Assembly: GCA_041492755.1 (NCBI GenBank)
Contig: JBGPXN010000015.1
Span: 1-45,993 of the forward strand
Direction of reading: 5' to 3'
DNA length: 45,993 nt
Source of the DNA: Candidatus Methylomirabilia bacterium
GTDB lineage: Bacteria; Methylomirabilota; Methylomirabilia; Rokubacteriales; CSP1-6
The notes beneath the pieces were generated by a model, which worked only from the letters and a program-made list of their open reading frames with translations, searched no databases and was not told the DNA's origin. The translations under genes were made by a program, and so were the position numbers. Positions 1 to 10,389 of the stretch are shown piece by piece; position 1 is the stretch's first letter, and every line of letters starts with the position of its first letter.

Positions 1-76
1 CCGCGCCGCCGGCCTGGCTGGGGCGCATGGAGCTTGCCCCGACAGCCTGACGCAGGCCAGGTACACTGGATCCGAC

Positions 77-460
77 ATGCCGGTGATCCTGGTCGTGGAA
101 GATGATGCCGACACCCGGCAGGCGCTGGGTGAGTACCTCACCACGCTCTTCCCCGGGGCTCGCGTCATGATGACGGACTCCGGGGAGACCGGGCTCGAGC
201 TGGCCCGGCGCACGCCTCCCTCCGTCGTCCTGCTCGATCTTCGGCTGGGCGGCATCGGCGGGTTCGAGTTCGTCGAGCGGCTGCGTGAAGTGCTCCCGCT
301 CCCGGGCATGTCCATCGTCGCGTTGACCGGCGACATGAGCCCGGCTACGTTACTACGGGCCGAAGAAGCCGGCTTCGCCGCGTTCCTCCGCAAACCCGCG
401 GACATGGATCGTCTCGAAGCCGTCCTTCGACCGTTGCTCGAGCAGGCACCGTCGCGTTGA
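77..460 (+). CDS. Single-domain response regulator (CheY-like receiver)
   Basis: ILVVEDD, phosphoacceptor LLDLRL, ALTG and KP motifs; 127 aa; TACACT -10-like hexamer at 62-67. Confidence 0.9.
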   Translation: MPVILVVEDDADTRQALGEYLTTLFPGARVMMTDSGETGLELARRTPPSVVLLDLRLGGIGGFEFVERLREVLPLPGMSIVALTGDMSPATLLRAEEAGFAAFLRKPADMDRLEAVLRPLLEQAPSR

Positions 461-471
461 CGGTTCTTTGT

Positions 472-550
472 CCCCGGGAGGGGTCGGGGACGGCCCCGGC
501 GCTCCGCGAGGACGAAGTCGCGCCAGGGCCGTCCCCGACCCCTCCCGGGG
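472..550. repeat. Long intergenic inverted repeat (31-bp arms, 17-nt loop)
   Basis: 472-502 ccccgggaggggtcggggacggccccggcgc is the reverse complement of 520-550 with one mismatch. Confidence 0.9.
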
Positions 551-573
551 CGTAGGCGGTTGATCACACAGCG

Positions 574-939
574 ATGCCACTGACGTCATTCGAAGGGCGG
601 GTTGCGGTCATCACTGGCGCGGCGAGCGGGATCGGTCGTGCGCTCGCCGTAGCCATCAGCGGGGAAGGTGCGCGCGTCGTTCTCGCTGATATCGATGAGG
701 AGACGCGGATTCGTGAGAGTGAGCGCAATCGGCCCGCGGCCCTTCGGAACGAGCGGGAGGAGTCGAGGCCACCGGTGGAGCTGATCGGGCGGACCTTGCC
801 GGCCGACACGGTGGCCGAGATGGTGCTGGCGGCAATTCGCGACAACCGGCTGTACGTCATCACCCACGAGGAGGCGCTCGAGCCGTTGCGCCGCCGCTTC
901 CAGCGCCTCGAACAGGCGATCCGGGAGCGGAAGTCCTAG
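574..939 (+). pseudogene. SDR-family oxidoreductase with large in-frame internal deletion
   Basis: N-terminal TGAASGIG Rossmann motif up to LADIDEE joins directly to a C-terminal SDR segment (TRIRESERNRP...AIRDNRLYVITH); no NNAG or YxxxK; only 121 aa. Confidence 0.75.
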
Positions 940-947
940 CCGCCACC

Positions 948-2075
948 GTGTGGATCCGCAGTTCGGAGGATCTCGATCGCCTGACCGGTGAGCTCGCCAA
1001 CATCGACGAGATCGCCGTCGACACCGAAGGAGACAGCCTCCACCACTATCCCGCGCGCCTGGCGCTGATCCAGGTCGGCGACGCCGCGGGCCACGCCTGG
1101 CTCGTCGATCCGATCGCCATTGGCGACCTCGCGCCGCTCGGTCCGCTGTTCGCCGGTGGACGACCCTTGCTCGTCCTGCATGCCGGCGACAACGACCTCG
1201 TCATCCTCAAGCGCCGGTACGGCTTCGCGTTCGCCGCCATGTTCGACACCTCGCTGGCCGCGCGCTTCCTGGGTGCCCGGGCCCTCGGGCTCGACGTTTT
1301 GCTGGAGACGTATCTCGGCGTCACGCTGCCACCGTCGAGGCAGAAGGACGATTGGTCGGCGCGTCCGCTCACGGAGGCCCAGGAGCGGTACGCCATCGCC
1401 GACGTGGCGCACCTGATTCCGCTCAAGGACCACCTGCGCGAGCAGCTGGCGCAGATCGGACGGCTCGCGTGGGTCGAGGAGGAATGCGCGGCGGTGGCGG
1501 CCGATATCGTGACCGATCCGCGGCCCGACCCCGACGCCTACCTCGGCGTGAAGGGCGCGCGGCAGCTGGCGCCCCGTGCCCTCGCGATCCTGCGTGAGCT
1601 GTACGCGGCCCGCGAGGAGCTCGCGCTGGCGGCCGACCGTCCGCCGTTCAAGGTCCTGGGTGAAGAGGTGCTGCTCCGGCTGACGCTGGCCGCACCCGCG
1701 GACGACGCCGCGCTCGCGACCATTCCGGGGTGCACGCCGCGCGTGGTCGGTCGCTGGGGTGGGGCGATCCTGGGGGCGATCGAGCGGGCGCGTGCGTTGC
1801 CGGAGTCCCGGCTGCCGAGCCCCTCGCCGCCCCCGCACGGCCGGCCGCTCTCCGCGGCCGCCCGCAAGCGCATCGAGGCCGTCCGCCGCTGGCGCGAGGA
1901 GGCGGCGCCGAGGGTCGGGCTCGACCCCGGCGTGCTGTTGCCCAACCGCCTGATCCGCGCCATTGCCGAGGCGGCGCCGGGTGATGCGGACTCGCTCGGC
2001 CGAGTGGACGGCATCCGGCGCTGGCGGGTGGAAGAGTTCGGCGCCGAAATCCTGCGCGCGGTTGCGTTAGGATGA
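948..2075 (+). CDS. rnd: Ribonuclease D (DEDD 3'-5' exonuclease plus HRDC domains)
   Basis: AVDTEGDSLHHY, DTSLAARFLG, DWSARPL, YAIADV motifs; C-terminal HRDC-like repeats. Confidence 0.9.
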   Translation: MWIRSSEDLDRLTGELANIDEIAVDTEGDSLHHYPARLALIQVGDAAGHAWLVDPIAIGDLAPLGPLFAGGRPLLVLHAGDNDLVILKRRYGFAFAAMFDTSLAARFLGARALGLDVLLETYLGVTLPPSRQKDDWSARPLTEAQERYAIADVAHLIPLKDHLREQLAQIGRLAWVEEECAAVAADIVTDPRPDPDAYLGVKGARQLAPRALAILRELYAAREELALAADRPPFKVLGEEVLLRLTLAAPADDAALATIPGCTPRVVGRWGGAILGAIERARALPESRLPSPSPPPHGRPLSAAARKRIEAVRRWREEAAPRVGLDPGVLLPNRLIRAIAEAAPGDADSLGRVDGIRRWRVEEFGAEILRAVALG

Positions 2076-2079
2076 CCTC

Positions 2080-2526
2080 GTGACCGACTGGAAGCGGAAC
2101 GTGATCGACGACGATGCCGGCCTCACGACGATCTTGGGCGAGGCCCGCGTGATTGCCGTGCTCGGCGCCAAGGCGGGCGCCCACGAGCCCGCCCACTACG
2201 TGCCCGAGTATCTGCTCGCGCAGGGCTACCGGATCCTGCCCGTGAACCCCACGATCGCGGGGCGCTCGCTCTTCGGCGAGCCGGTCGCGGCCACGCTCTC
2301 CGCCCTCGCCGAGCCGGCCGACGTCGTCGAGATCTTCCGGCGCCCGGAGTACCTGCCCGGTCACGCGCGCGAGATCCTCGCGCTGTCGTGGACGCCGCGG
2401 GTCGTCTGGTTCCAGCTTGGTATCCGCCACGACGGGGCCGCCGAGCAACTGGCGCGCGCCGGCATCAAAGTTGTCCAGAGCCGCTGCATGATGCCGGACC
2501 ATCGACGGCTACTCGGATCGAAATGA
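2080..2526 (+). CDS. CoA-binding protein (YccU-like)
   Basis: IAVLGA, YL..QGYRILPVNP, DVVEIFRR, VWFQLGI, AGIKVVQSRC motifs. Confidence 0.9.
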   Translation: MTDWKRNVIDDDAGLTTILGEARVIAVLGAKAGAHEPAHYVPEYLLAQGYRILPVNPTIAGRSLFGEPVAATLSALAEPADVVEIFRRPEYLPGHAREILALSWTPRVVWFQLGIRHDGAAEQLARAGIKVVQSRCMMPDHRRLLGSK

Positions 2527-2655
2527 CCATACCCTGACGTGAGGCTCCTCCATGATCAGCACTGATGCCTTGCGAGCAGCGCTAACCGATTCTGGGGTCT
2601 GAACGGCAGCATCGAGCGGCTCTGGGCAGCCCGGTGGGAGAGCGAGGCGGAATAG

Positions 2656-4329
<1,674 letters not shown>

Positions 4330-4394
4330 CGTCACGTCGGGGGCGCGATCCGCGCGCCCGGAACCGCCGGCCCGCGGACTCAGAGGGTGTGAGG

Positions 4395-4473
4395 GAATTC
4401 GAGACGCGCCCCGGGTTACCCGGGGCGCGTCCGAGCGATGGGGGGGTATGGGGGCCATTTCGGGGCCCCCCAT
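4395..4473 (+). repeat. Two-hairpin dispersed repeat, copy A
   Basis: gaattcga-[gacgcgccccggg tta cccggggcgcgtc]-cgagcgatggggggg-[gggggcc atttcgg ggccccc]; matches copies at 16437, 17890, 17984, 39353. Confidence 0.85.
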
Positions 4474-4480
4474 GTACTAC

Positions 4481-5161
4481 TCAATCCACGTTGCGAATCG
4501 GATAGCGCGCGGTGACGAGCACGTTTTCGCCTTCGCGGCGAACGCGGCGCATGTTGACGCTCAGGAAGCGCGGCCGCAGGTGGTCGGCGATCGCGTCGGC
4601 GTCGCCGCGGAGGTGGCGATTCAGCACCAGCGTTCCGCGGGCGGTGACGAGGGGCAGGAGACCGTTGAGGAGCGGGAGCGAGGCTTCGAGCGACTCACCG
4701 TAGGTCGCGTCCTCCATCACGAAGTCGAACCGGCGCCGCGCCGCGGCCAGGGCGGGCACCGCCTGGTGGGCGTCGGCGCACAGGAACTCGAGGCCGCGGA
4801 GGCGGCGGAGACCGAACCAGTCCAGCGCCACCCCGAGGATGGCGGGATCGCGCTCGATGATGCTCACGCGTCGGGGTCGCGCCACCCGCTCCAGCAAGTG
4901 GACTTGGGTGCCACCGCCGAGCCCGACGAACAGCGCCGATGGCCGCTGCGGCAGGTCGAGCCCCACCAGCGCGCGCCACCAGTACTCCCGCCGCAGCGTC
5001 GTCCAGTCGCCGTTGAGCGGGTACACCGACAGCGTCTCGCCATGGACGATCAGCCGGCGCTCGCGATGATCTTCGATGACCCGCACCCGTCCCGAGTGGG
5101 GTGACATCGTCTCGAACACCGTCCGCGCCCGCCTTCGCCGCCGTCCCCCGCTCGTGGTCAT
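4481..5161 (-). CDS. Spermidine synthase-like class I SAM-dependent methyltransferase
   Basis: ALFVGLGGG motif I, IERDPAI, ADA, FDFVMEDA; ATG 5161 downstream of GGAGG. Confidence 0.75.
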   Translation of the reverse strand: MTTSGGRRRRRARTVFETMSPHSGRVRVIEDHRERRLIVHGETLSVYPLNGDWTTLRREYWWRALVGLDLPQRPSALFVGLGGGTQVHLLERVARPRRVSIIERDPAILGVALDWFGLRRLRGLEFLCADAHQAVPALAAARRRFDFVMEDATYGESLEASLPLLNGLLPLVTARGTLVLNRHLRGDADAIADHLRPRFLSVNMRRVRREGENVLVTARYPIRNVD

Positions 5162-5195
5162 TCGGATGGCGCCCTCCGCACGCCCTGGAGAATGA

Positions 5196-5963
5196 CTACC
5201 TGGGCTGCATCCTGATCGCGCCGTCCAGGCGGATCGTTTCGCCGTTGAGCATACCGTTCTCGAGGATGTGCATGGCGAGGGCGGCGTACTCATCGGGTTG
5301 GCCGAGCCGCTGGGGGAAGGGAACCTGCTTGGCGAGCGACTGGCGTACCGGGTCCGGCAGCGTGCCCAGAAGCGGGGTGTCGAAGATCCCGGGCGCGATG
5401 GTGACGACGCGGATCCCGAGCTCGGCGAGATCGCGCGCCACCGGCAACGTCATGCCGACGATGCCGCCCTTGGAGGCGGAATAGGCGGCCTGACCGATCT
5501 GACCATCGAACGCGGCGACGGACGCCGTGTTGATGATCACGCCGCGCTCGCCGTCGGCCGTCGGCGCGTTCTTCGCCATGATCGCCGCCGCGAGGCGGAT
5601 GGCGTTGAACGTGCCGATGAGATTCACCTGGATCACGCGCGCGAAGTCTTCGAGTCGGGCCGGGCCCTGACGACCGACGGTCTTCATCGCGGTCCCGATC
5701 CCCGCACAGTTCACGAGCACGTTGATGCCGCCGAAGCGCTGGCGGGCCGTCTCCAGCGCCTCGGTGACCTGGTCGCCGCTGGTGACGTCGGCGGGCGTGA
5801 ACATCGCCTGGTCGCCGAAGGCCCGCGCGGCTTCGGTGCCCTGGCTCGATGGCAGGTCGAGGAGCGCGACCCGTCCGCCGCCGGCGACGAGACGGGTCGC
5901 CGTGGCGTGACCGAGACCGGACGCGCCGCCGGTGACGACGGCCTGAACCGTGGAGAGTCGCAT
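5196..5963 (-). CDS. 3-hydroxyacyl-CoA dehydrogenase type II (HSD10-like SDR)
   Basis: [48 protein letters not shown]. Confidence 0.92.
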   Translation of the reverse strand: MRLSTVQAVVTGGASGLGHATATRLVAGGGRVALLDLPSSQGTEAARAFGDQAMFTPADVTSGDQVTEALETARQRFGGINVLVNCAGIGTAMKTVGRQGPARLEDFARVIQVNLIGTFNAIRLAAAIMAKNAPTADGERGVIINTASVAAFDGQIGQAAYSASKGGIVGMTLPVARDLAELGIRVVTIAPGIFDTPLLGTLPDPVRQSLAKQVPFPQRLGQPDEYAALAMHILENGMLNGETIRLDGAIRMQPR

Positions 5964-6042
5964 CGCTGTCTCCTTCGCAGTGGTCGAGCCCCGGGACGGC
6001 CGCAATTCTATCGGATGGGTCGGCTTTTTCCCACCGGACGGG

Positions 6043-6165
6043 CGGCGGTATCACTACTGGGACCATCTCGGCGAAGCGATGGCGGTTCGACAGCTCCTGG
6101 GCCACCCGGACCTGCCGACCTTCGTCGGCGACATCGACAAGGCCCCGTACCGCCCCGAAACCTGA
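6043..6165 (+). pseudogene. C-terminal fragment of a probable DinB/YfiT-like protein
   Basis: Frame reads [38 protein letters not shown], with an HxxxH metal motif typical of DinB-family C-termini; no plausible start or N-terminus. Confidence 0.5.
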
Positions 6166-6212
6166 GCGCCGGCTCCACGCGTGCTATCCTTGGGCCGGGT
6201 CCCCGGTCCCCA

Positions 6213-7820
6213 ATGCGCACGTCCTACTCGTCCACGTCCACGCAGCGCATCCTCTGCATCTCCCCGCGGTACGCACCCTCGTTCGGCACGTTTCAGTACG
6301 CGTACCCGTTCTTCGGTCGTCGCGTCCGTGCGTTCATGCCGCCGCAGGGCCTGCTGGTGGTGGCCGCCTACCTTCCGGCGCCGTGGCCCTTGCGTTTTCG
6401 CGACGAGAACGCGCAGCCGGCCACCGACGAAGACTTCCAGTGGGCGGACGCCGTCTTCGTCTCCGGCATGCACGTCCAGCGGCCGCACATCGAGGACGTC
6501 ATCCGGCGCGCGCACGCCCACGGCCGGCCCGTCGTGCTCGGTGGTCCGTCGGTGTCCGCGTGTCCCGAGTACTATCCCGATGCCGACCTGCTGCACGTCG
6601 GGGAGCTCGGTGACGCCACCGACCGCGTGGTGGAATACCTCGACACGCATTGGGGCCGGCCGCGCGGGCAGCTACGCTTCGAGACGGCGGAGCGGCTGCC
6701 GCTGGCCGATTTCCCGGCGCCCGCCTATCACCTCGTCTCCATCCGGCAGTACTTCATCGCGAACATCCAGTTCTCGAGCGGCTGTCCGTACACCTGCGAG
6801 TTCTGCGATATCCCGGCGCTCTACGGCCGGAATCCCCGGCTGAAGACGGCCGCGCAGGTGACGGCCGAGCTCGACCAGATCCTGGCCGGCGGTGCCACCT
6901 CGGTGTACTTCGTGGACGACAATTTCATCGGGAACCAGAAGGCCGCGCTCGAGCTGCTGCCTCGGCTGGTGGAGTGGCAAGAGCGCAACCGCTATCCGCT
7001 CCGCTTTGCCTGCGAAGCCACCCTCAACATCGCGAAGAACGAGCGCGTGCTGGAGTTGATGCGGGAGGCGGGCTTCGTGACGGTGTTCTGCGGCATCGAG
7101 ACTCCCGAGCCCCAGGCGCTCCGGGCAATGTCGAAGGAGCAGAACCTCCGGATGCCGGTGCTGGAGGCGGTGCAGCGAATCAACGACTACGGGATGGAAG
7201 TGGTGTCGGGCATCATCCTCGGACTCGACACCGATACGCCGGAGACCGCCGATCACGTGATCGAGTTCGTGCGGGCCTCGCGCATCCCCGTGCTGACGAT
7301 CAACCTCCTGTACGCGCTCCCGAAGACGCCGCTGTGGCGGCGCCTGTCGTCCGAGAATCGGCTGCGGCCCGACGGCGACCGCGAATCCAACATCGCCTTC
7401 CGCATGCCCTACGAGACGGTGCTCGCGATGTGGCGGCGCTGCATCGACGCCGCCTACGAGCCGGAAGCGGTGTACGGGCGGTACGCGTACAACGTCGCGC
7501 ACACGTTCACTCGCCGGAAGGCGTATCCGCGCAGTCCGCACCGCGAGTCGTGGCGCAACATGGTGATGGGTTTCGCAATGCTGGGGCGGATCTTCTGGCG
7601 TGTCGGGGTGCGCGGCGACTACCGGCGGACGTTCTGGCGGATGGCGGGGCCGGCGCTACGCGCCGGGCAGGTCGAGGCGCTCATCCACACCGCGGTGGTG
7701 AGCCACCATCTCATCCGCTTCACCCGCGAATGCGTCCAGGGCAATGGCGAGCCGGCGTTCTACGCGCCGGGCACGTCGCCCGCGGTTCCTCCGGCGGCGG
7801 CGGCGGCGGCGGCGGTCTGA
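6213..7820 (+). CDS. hpnP: Hopanoid C-2 methylase (B12-binding radical SAM)
   Basis: RILC..PRY..SFGTFQ, AFMPPQGLLV, FVSGMH.QR, LHVGELGDATD, SSGCPYTCEFCDIP.LYGRNPRLKT, ACEATLNIAK, EVVSGIILGLDTDTPET all recalled from R. palustris HpnP; TGCTATCCT extended -10 at 6182-6190. Confidence 0.88.
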   Translation: MRTSYSSTSTQRILCISPRYAPSFGTFQYAYPFFGRRVRAFMPPQGLLVVAAYLPAPWPLRFRDENAQPATDEDFQWADAVFVSGMHVQRPHIEDVIRRAHAHGRPVVLGGPSVSACPEYYPDADLLHVGELGDATDRVVEYLDTHWGRPRGQLRFETAERLPLADFPAPAYHLVSIRQYFIANIQFSSGCPYTCEFCDIPALYGRNPRLKTAAQVTAELDQILAGGATSVYFVDDNFIGNQKAALELLPRLVEWQERNRYPLRFACEATLNIAKNERVLELMREAGFVTVFCGIETPEPQALRAMSKEQNLRMPVLEAVQRINDYGMEVVSGIILGLDTDTPETADHVIEFVRASRIPVLTINLLYALPKTPLWRRLSSENRLRPDGDRESNIAFRMPYETVLAMWRRCIDAAYEPEAVYGRYAYNVAHTFTRRKAYPRSPHRESWRNMVMGFAMLGRIFWRVGVRGDYRRTFWRMAGPALRAGQVEALIHTAVVSHHLIRFTRECVQGNGEPAFYAPGTSPAVPPAAAAAAAV

Positions 7821-7847
7821 GCGGCCGCTCGAACGGCGAGGCCGCGC

Positions 7848-8048
7848 TCAGGCGGCTTCGCCGGTGTGCGCCCAGAAGTCGTCGTCGCGGTCGGACTGAC
7901 TGAGTCGCGGCGGCACCTTCTTCCGATGGAAGAAGTCGCACATGATGCGGTTCGCCATGGCCCAGTCGTCGCCGTATACGCAATGGTGATGCGGGCAGAG
8001 TCCGGCATCGCCCGTCAACTGCAGTCCGCACGAAGCGCAGAGGCTCAT
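7848..8048 (-). CDS. Small Cys/His-rich hypothetical protein (66 aa, probable Zn-binding)
   Basis: MSLCASCG...LCPHHHC...CDFFH; GC3-rich codons; sigma-54 motif immediately upstream. Confidence 0.7.
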   Translation of the reverse strand: MSLCASCGLQLTGDAGLCPHHHCVYGDDWAMANRIMCDFFHRKKVPPRLSQSDRDDDFWAHTGEAA

Positions 8049-8060
8049 GCGCTCGGTGAT

Positions 8061-8076
8061 AGCGAAGGACGTGCCA
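8061..8076 (-). promoter_or_regulatory. Sigma-54 -24/-12 promoter candidate
   Basis: TGGCAC-GTCCT-TCGCT; predicted +1 about 8050, ATG at 8048. Confidence 0.65.
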
Positions 8077-8174
8077 ACCGACCTCGATCGCTTTCCCGCT
8101 TCCGCGGCGTCAGGGAATGCCGTAGGATGCGATGGTTTTCCTCGACGGTGCCGATCGGTTGGAGGAGTCGCCTC

Positions 8175-8369
8175 ATGCGTTTCGGTCTGTGGGCTGCGTT
8201 CTTCGTCGTCTGTAACGTCCTCGGCGTCTGCGCCTTCACCGCCGCCGTGAAGCTTCCGTACGAGGAAGCGGTGTGGCCGGGACTGCTCACGGTTCCTCTG
8301 GTCGGCCTCACCGCCTTCGGCATCACCCGCTGCCTGGATGCGTGGCAGCGTCGCGAAGACGCCGACTAG
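8175..8369 (+). CDS. Small two-TM membrane protein
   Basis: GGAGGAG RBS at 8161; two hydrophobic segments; 64 aa. Confidence 0.65.
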   Translation: MRFGLWAAFFVVCNVLGVCAFTAAVKLPYEEAVWPGLLTVPLVGLTAFGITRCLDAWQRREDAD

Positions 8370-8433
8370 CTTCCCAGCAGGTCTTACACACCCTTCCCCG
8401 TCTACCGCGGGCCTGGCCGGCTGCGCACCGTCC

Positions 8434-8449
8434 TGGCACCCGGCGTGCA
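8434..8449 (+). promoter_or_regulatory. Sigma-54 promoter candidate
   Basis: TGGCAC-CCGGC-GTGCA, 55 bp before the GlsB/YeaQ gene. Confidence 0.65.
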
Positions 8450-8503
8450 CCCGGTTACCGGGCCAGGGGCACTCGTTGCCCTTCGTGGGAAAGGAGTCGA
8501 CCG

Positions 8504-8761
8504 ATGGACATTCTTCTGTGGATCGTGTTCGGTCTCGTCGTCGGTATCGTGGCCAAGCTCATCATGCCGGGCCGGGACCCGGGCGGGATCATCGTCGCGA
8601 TCGTGCTCGGCGTCGTCGGCGCCATGCTCGGCGGTTGGATCGGCCGCGTGATGGGCTTGTACCGGGAAGGCGAGGCGGCCGGCTTCATCATGGCGGTGGT
8701 GGGGGCGGTGGTCGTCCTCGCGCTCTACCGGCTGGTGATGCCCATGCGTAGCCGCCTCTAG
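8504..8761 (+). CDS. GlsB/YeaQ/YmgE (transglycosylase-associated) stress membrane protein
   Basis: [33 protein letters not shown] signature; AAGGAG RBS. Confidence 0.92.
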   Translation: MDILLWIVFGLVVGIVAKLIMPGRDPGGIIVAIVLGVVGAMLGGWIGRVMGLYREGEAAGFIMAVVGAVVVLALYRLVMPMRSRL

Positions 8762-8882
8762 GGAGGCCGCGCGCGACGTCGAAGCGCCGGCGCGGCTCGG
8801 CGTCAGCAGCGGTCGGGGGTTCCGGTGGGGACGTCGCGGGGAGCGGTTCCGCTGTTCCGTTCCCCCCGACGCCCGACCCCGG

Positions 8883-10148
8883 CTACAGCCAGTTCCTGAT
8901 CGGCAGGACCAGGAGCTCCTGGACCCGGTTCCACGCTCCGCGGTGCCGCCACGCCTCGTACGTCACGCGGGTGGCGTTGGCCACGTCTTCCAGGAAAACC
9001 TTTTCCATTCTGCGGGCGACCGGGGCGTCATAGACGACGAGATTGAGCTCGTCGCTCCGCGCGAAGGACTGGTTGTCGAGATTGGCGCTGCCGATCGTCG
9101 TCCACACGCCATCGATGACCATGGTCTTGGCGTGCAGCAGCGCCGCCTGGTACTCGTAGATCTCGATGCCGGCCTGCAGGATGCGACCGTAGTCGGCGCG
9201 GCTGGCCTGGCGGACGATGTTGTGGTCGATCTTGCCCGGCACCAGCGCCACGACCCGGACGCCGCGGCTCACCGCGTTCACGAGCGCCTGCGCGAGCTTT
9301 TCGTCCGGGACGAAATACGGATTGGTCAGGAAGATCGCGCGGCGCGCGGCCGACACCGCGAGCAGGTACATCGTGTACATCGCGAAGCTGCCGCCCGAGG
9401 GTGAGCTCCGCACCACCTGCGCGTAGGCCGACCCGGCCGGCCCCAGGGGCGGAAAGTAGTCGTCGCCGCCGAGCACGATGCCCGTGCCCTCCAGCCAGTT
9501 CTCGGCGAAGGCGCTCTGGAGCTGGCTGACCACGGGGCCTTCCACACGGGCGTCGGTATCCCGCCAGTGCCCGGGGACCCGCCCGTTGCCCATCCACGTG
9601 CGGCTGACGCCGGCGCCGCCGGTGAAGCCGACGCGACCGTCGATCACGAGGATCCGCCGGTGATTGCGGAACTGCGTCTTGTGCAGGGTGAGCGGCCGGA
9701 TAGGCCGGAACGTCTCGACATGACAGCCCGAGCGTCTCATCGACTCGACGTACTCCTCCGGCATCGTGAGCGTGCCGAAGCCGTCGAGGAGGACGTTGGC
9801 GCCGACGCCGGCGCGACAGCGCTCGGCGATGGCCTCCACGAGGTCGCGGGCGACCGGTCCGTCGTCGAAGTAGTACTGCGCGTAGTTGACCGTCCGGCGA
9901 GCGTGCCGGACGGCGTCCGTGATGGCCGGGAAGATTTCCTCGCCGTTCAGGAGGACGTCGACCCGGTTCTGCGCCACGATGGGCGTGCTCGTGTAGGCCT
10001 CCAGCGTCGGAAAGAAGGATGGCTCCCCGAGCCGCAGATCGGGCAGGGCGACGTGCGGCTGCACGTACGTGCAGCCGGCGAGCGCGGCAACCATGATGAG
10101 GACGCCGAGCATCCGACGGCGCGATTCACGGTTCGGTCGAGCGCGCAT
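8883..10148 (-). CDS. cls: Cardiolipin synthase / phospholipase D family
   Basis: NHRRILVIDG and LHAKTMVIDG PLD motifs, WRDT, IGSANLD; N-terminal LAGC lipobox; start 10148 or 10112. Confidence 0.88.
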   Translation of the reverse strand: MRARPNRESRRRMLGVLIMVAALAGCTYVQPHVALPDLRLGEPSFFPTLEAYTSTPIVAQNRVDVLLNGEEIFPAITDAVRHARRTVNYAQYYFDDGPVARDLVEAIAERCRAGVGANVLLDGFGTLTMPEEYVESMRRSGCHVETFRPIRPLTLHKTQFRNHRRILVIDGRVGFTGGAGVSRTWMGNGRVPGHWRDTDARVEGPVVSQLQSAFAENWLEGTGIVLGGDDYFPPLGPAGSAYAQVVRSSPSGGSFAMYTMYLLAVSAARRAIFLTNPYFVPDEKLAQALVNAVSRGVRVVALVPGKIDHNIVRQASRADYGRILQAGIEIYEYQAALLHAKTMVIDGVWTTIGSANLDNQSFARSDELNLVVYDAPVARRMEKVFLEDVANATRVTYEAWRHRGAWNRVQELLVLPIRNWL

Positions 10149-10226
10149 AGATGCGATCGTCCGGACGGCGAACGCAGGCCGCGGAAGGCGCCGAGCCCGC
10201 CGCCGCTGGATCACGACTGGAAAGAG

Positions 10227-10242
10227 TGCAAAACCCACGCCG
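10227..10242 (-). promoter_or_regulatory. Sigma-54 promoter candidate
   Basis: CGGCGT-GGGTT-TTGCA upstream of cls. Confidence 0.5.
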
Positions 10243-10250
10243 GAGCCATA

Positions 10251-10362
10251 CGGGGGAGGCGAGATGTCCCCCGCAGCTCAAGAGCGCCGCGGCGAAGCGG
10301 TGGCGCTCCCCGACGTCCGGTTCACGTTCGGACGCGCCCCCGGATACCAAGGGGCTTCTCGA
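10251..10362 (-). repeat. Two degenerate copies of the two-hairpin repeat
   Basis: gagcgccgcggcgaagcggtggcgctc resembles 17933-17958; cgttcggacgcgcccccggataccaaggggcttctcga resembles the reverse complement of copy A. Confidence 0.55.
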
Positions 10363-10389
10363 CCGCGGTTGCCCCGACGGCTCCTCTAA

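Noticed and set aside
5268..6212. Long N-terminal extension of HpnP in the ORF track (likewise the extensions on AOR, AKR and the kinase)
   Set aside because: Overlaps other genes; homology and start signals begin at the later starts given
8811..8882. Imperfect GC-rich hairpin between convergent glsB-like and cls genes
   Set aside because: Probably an ordinary terminator; too imperfect to assign to a repeat family
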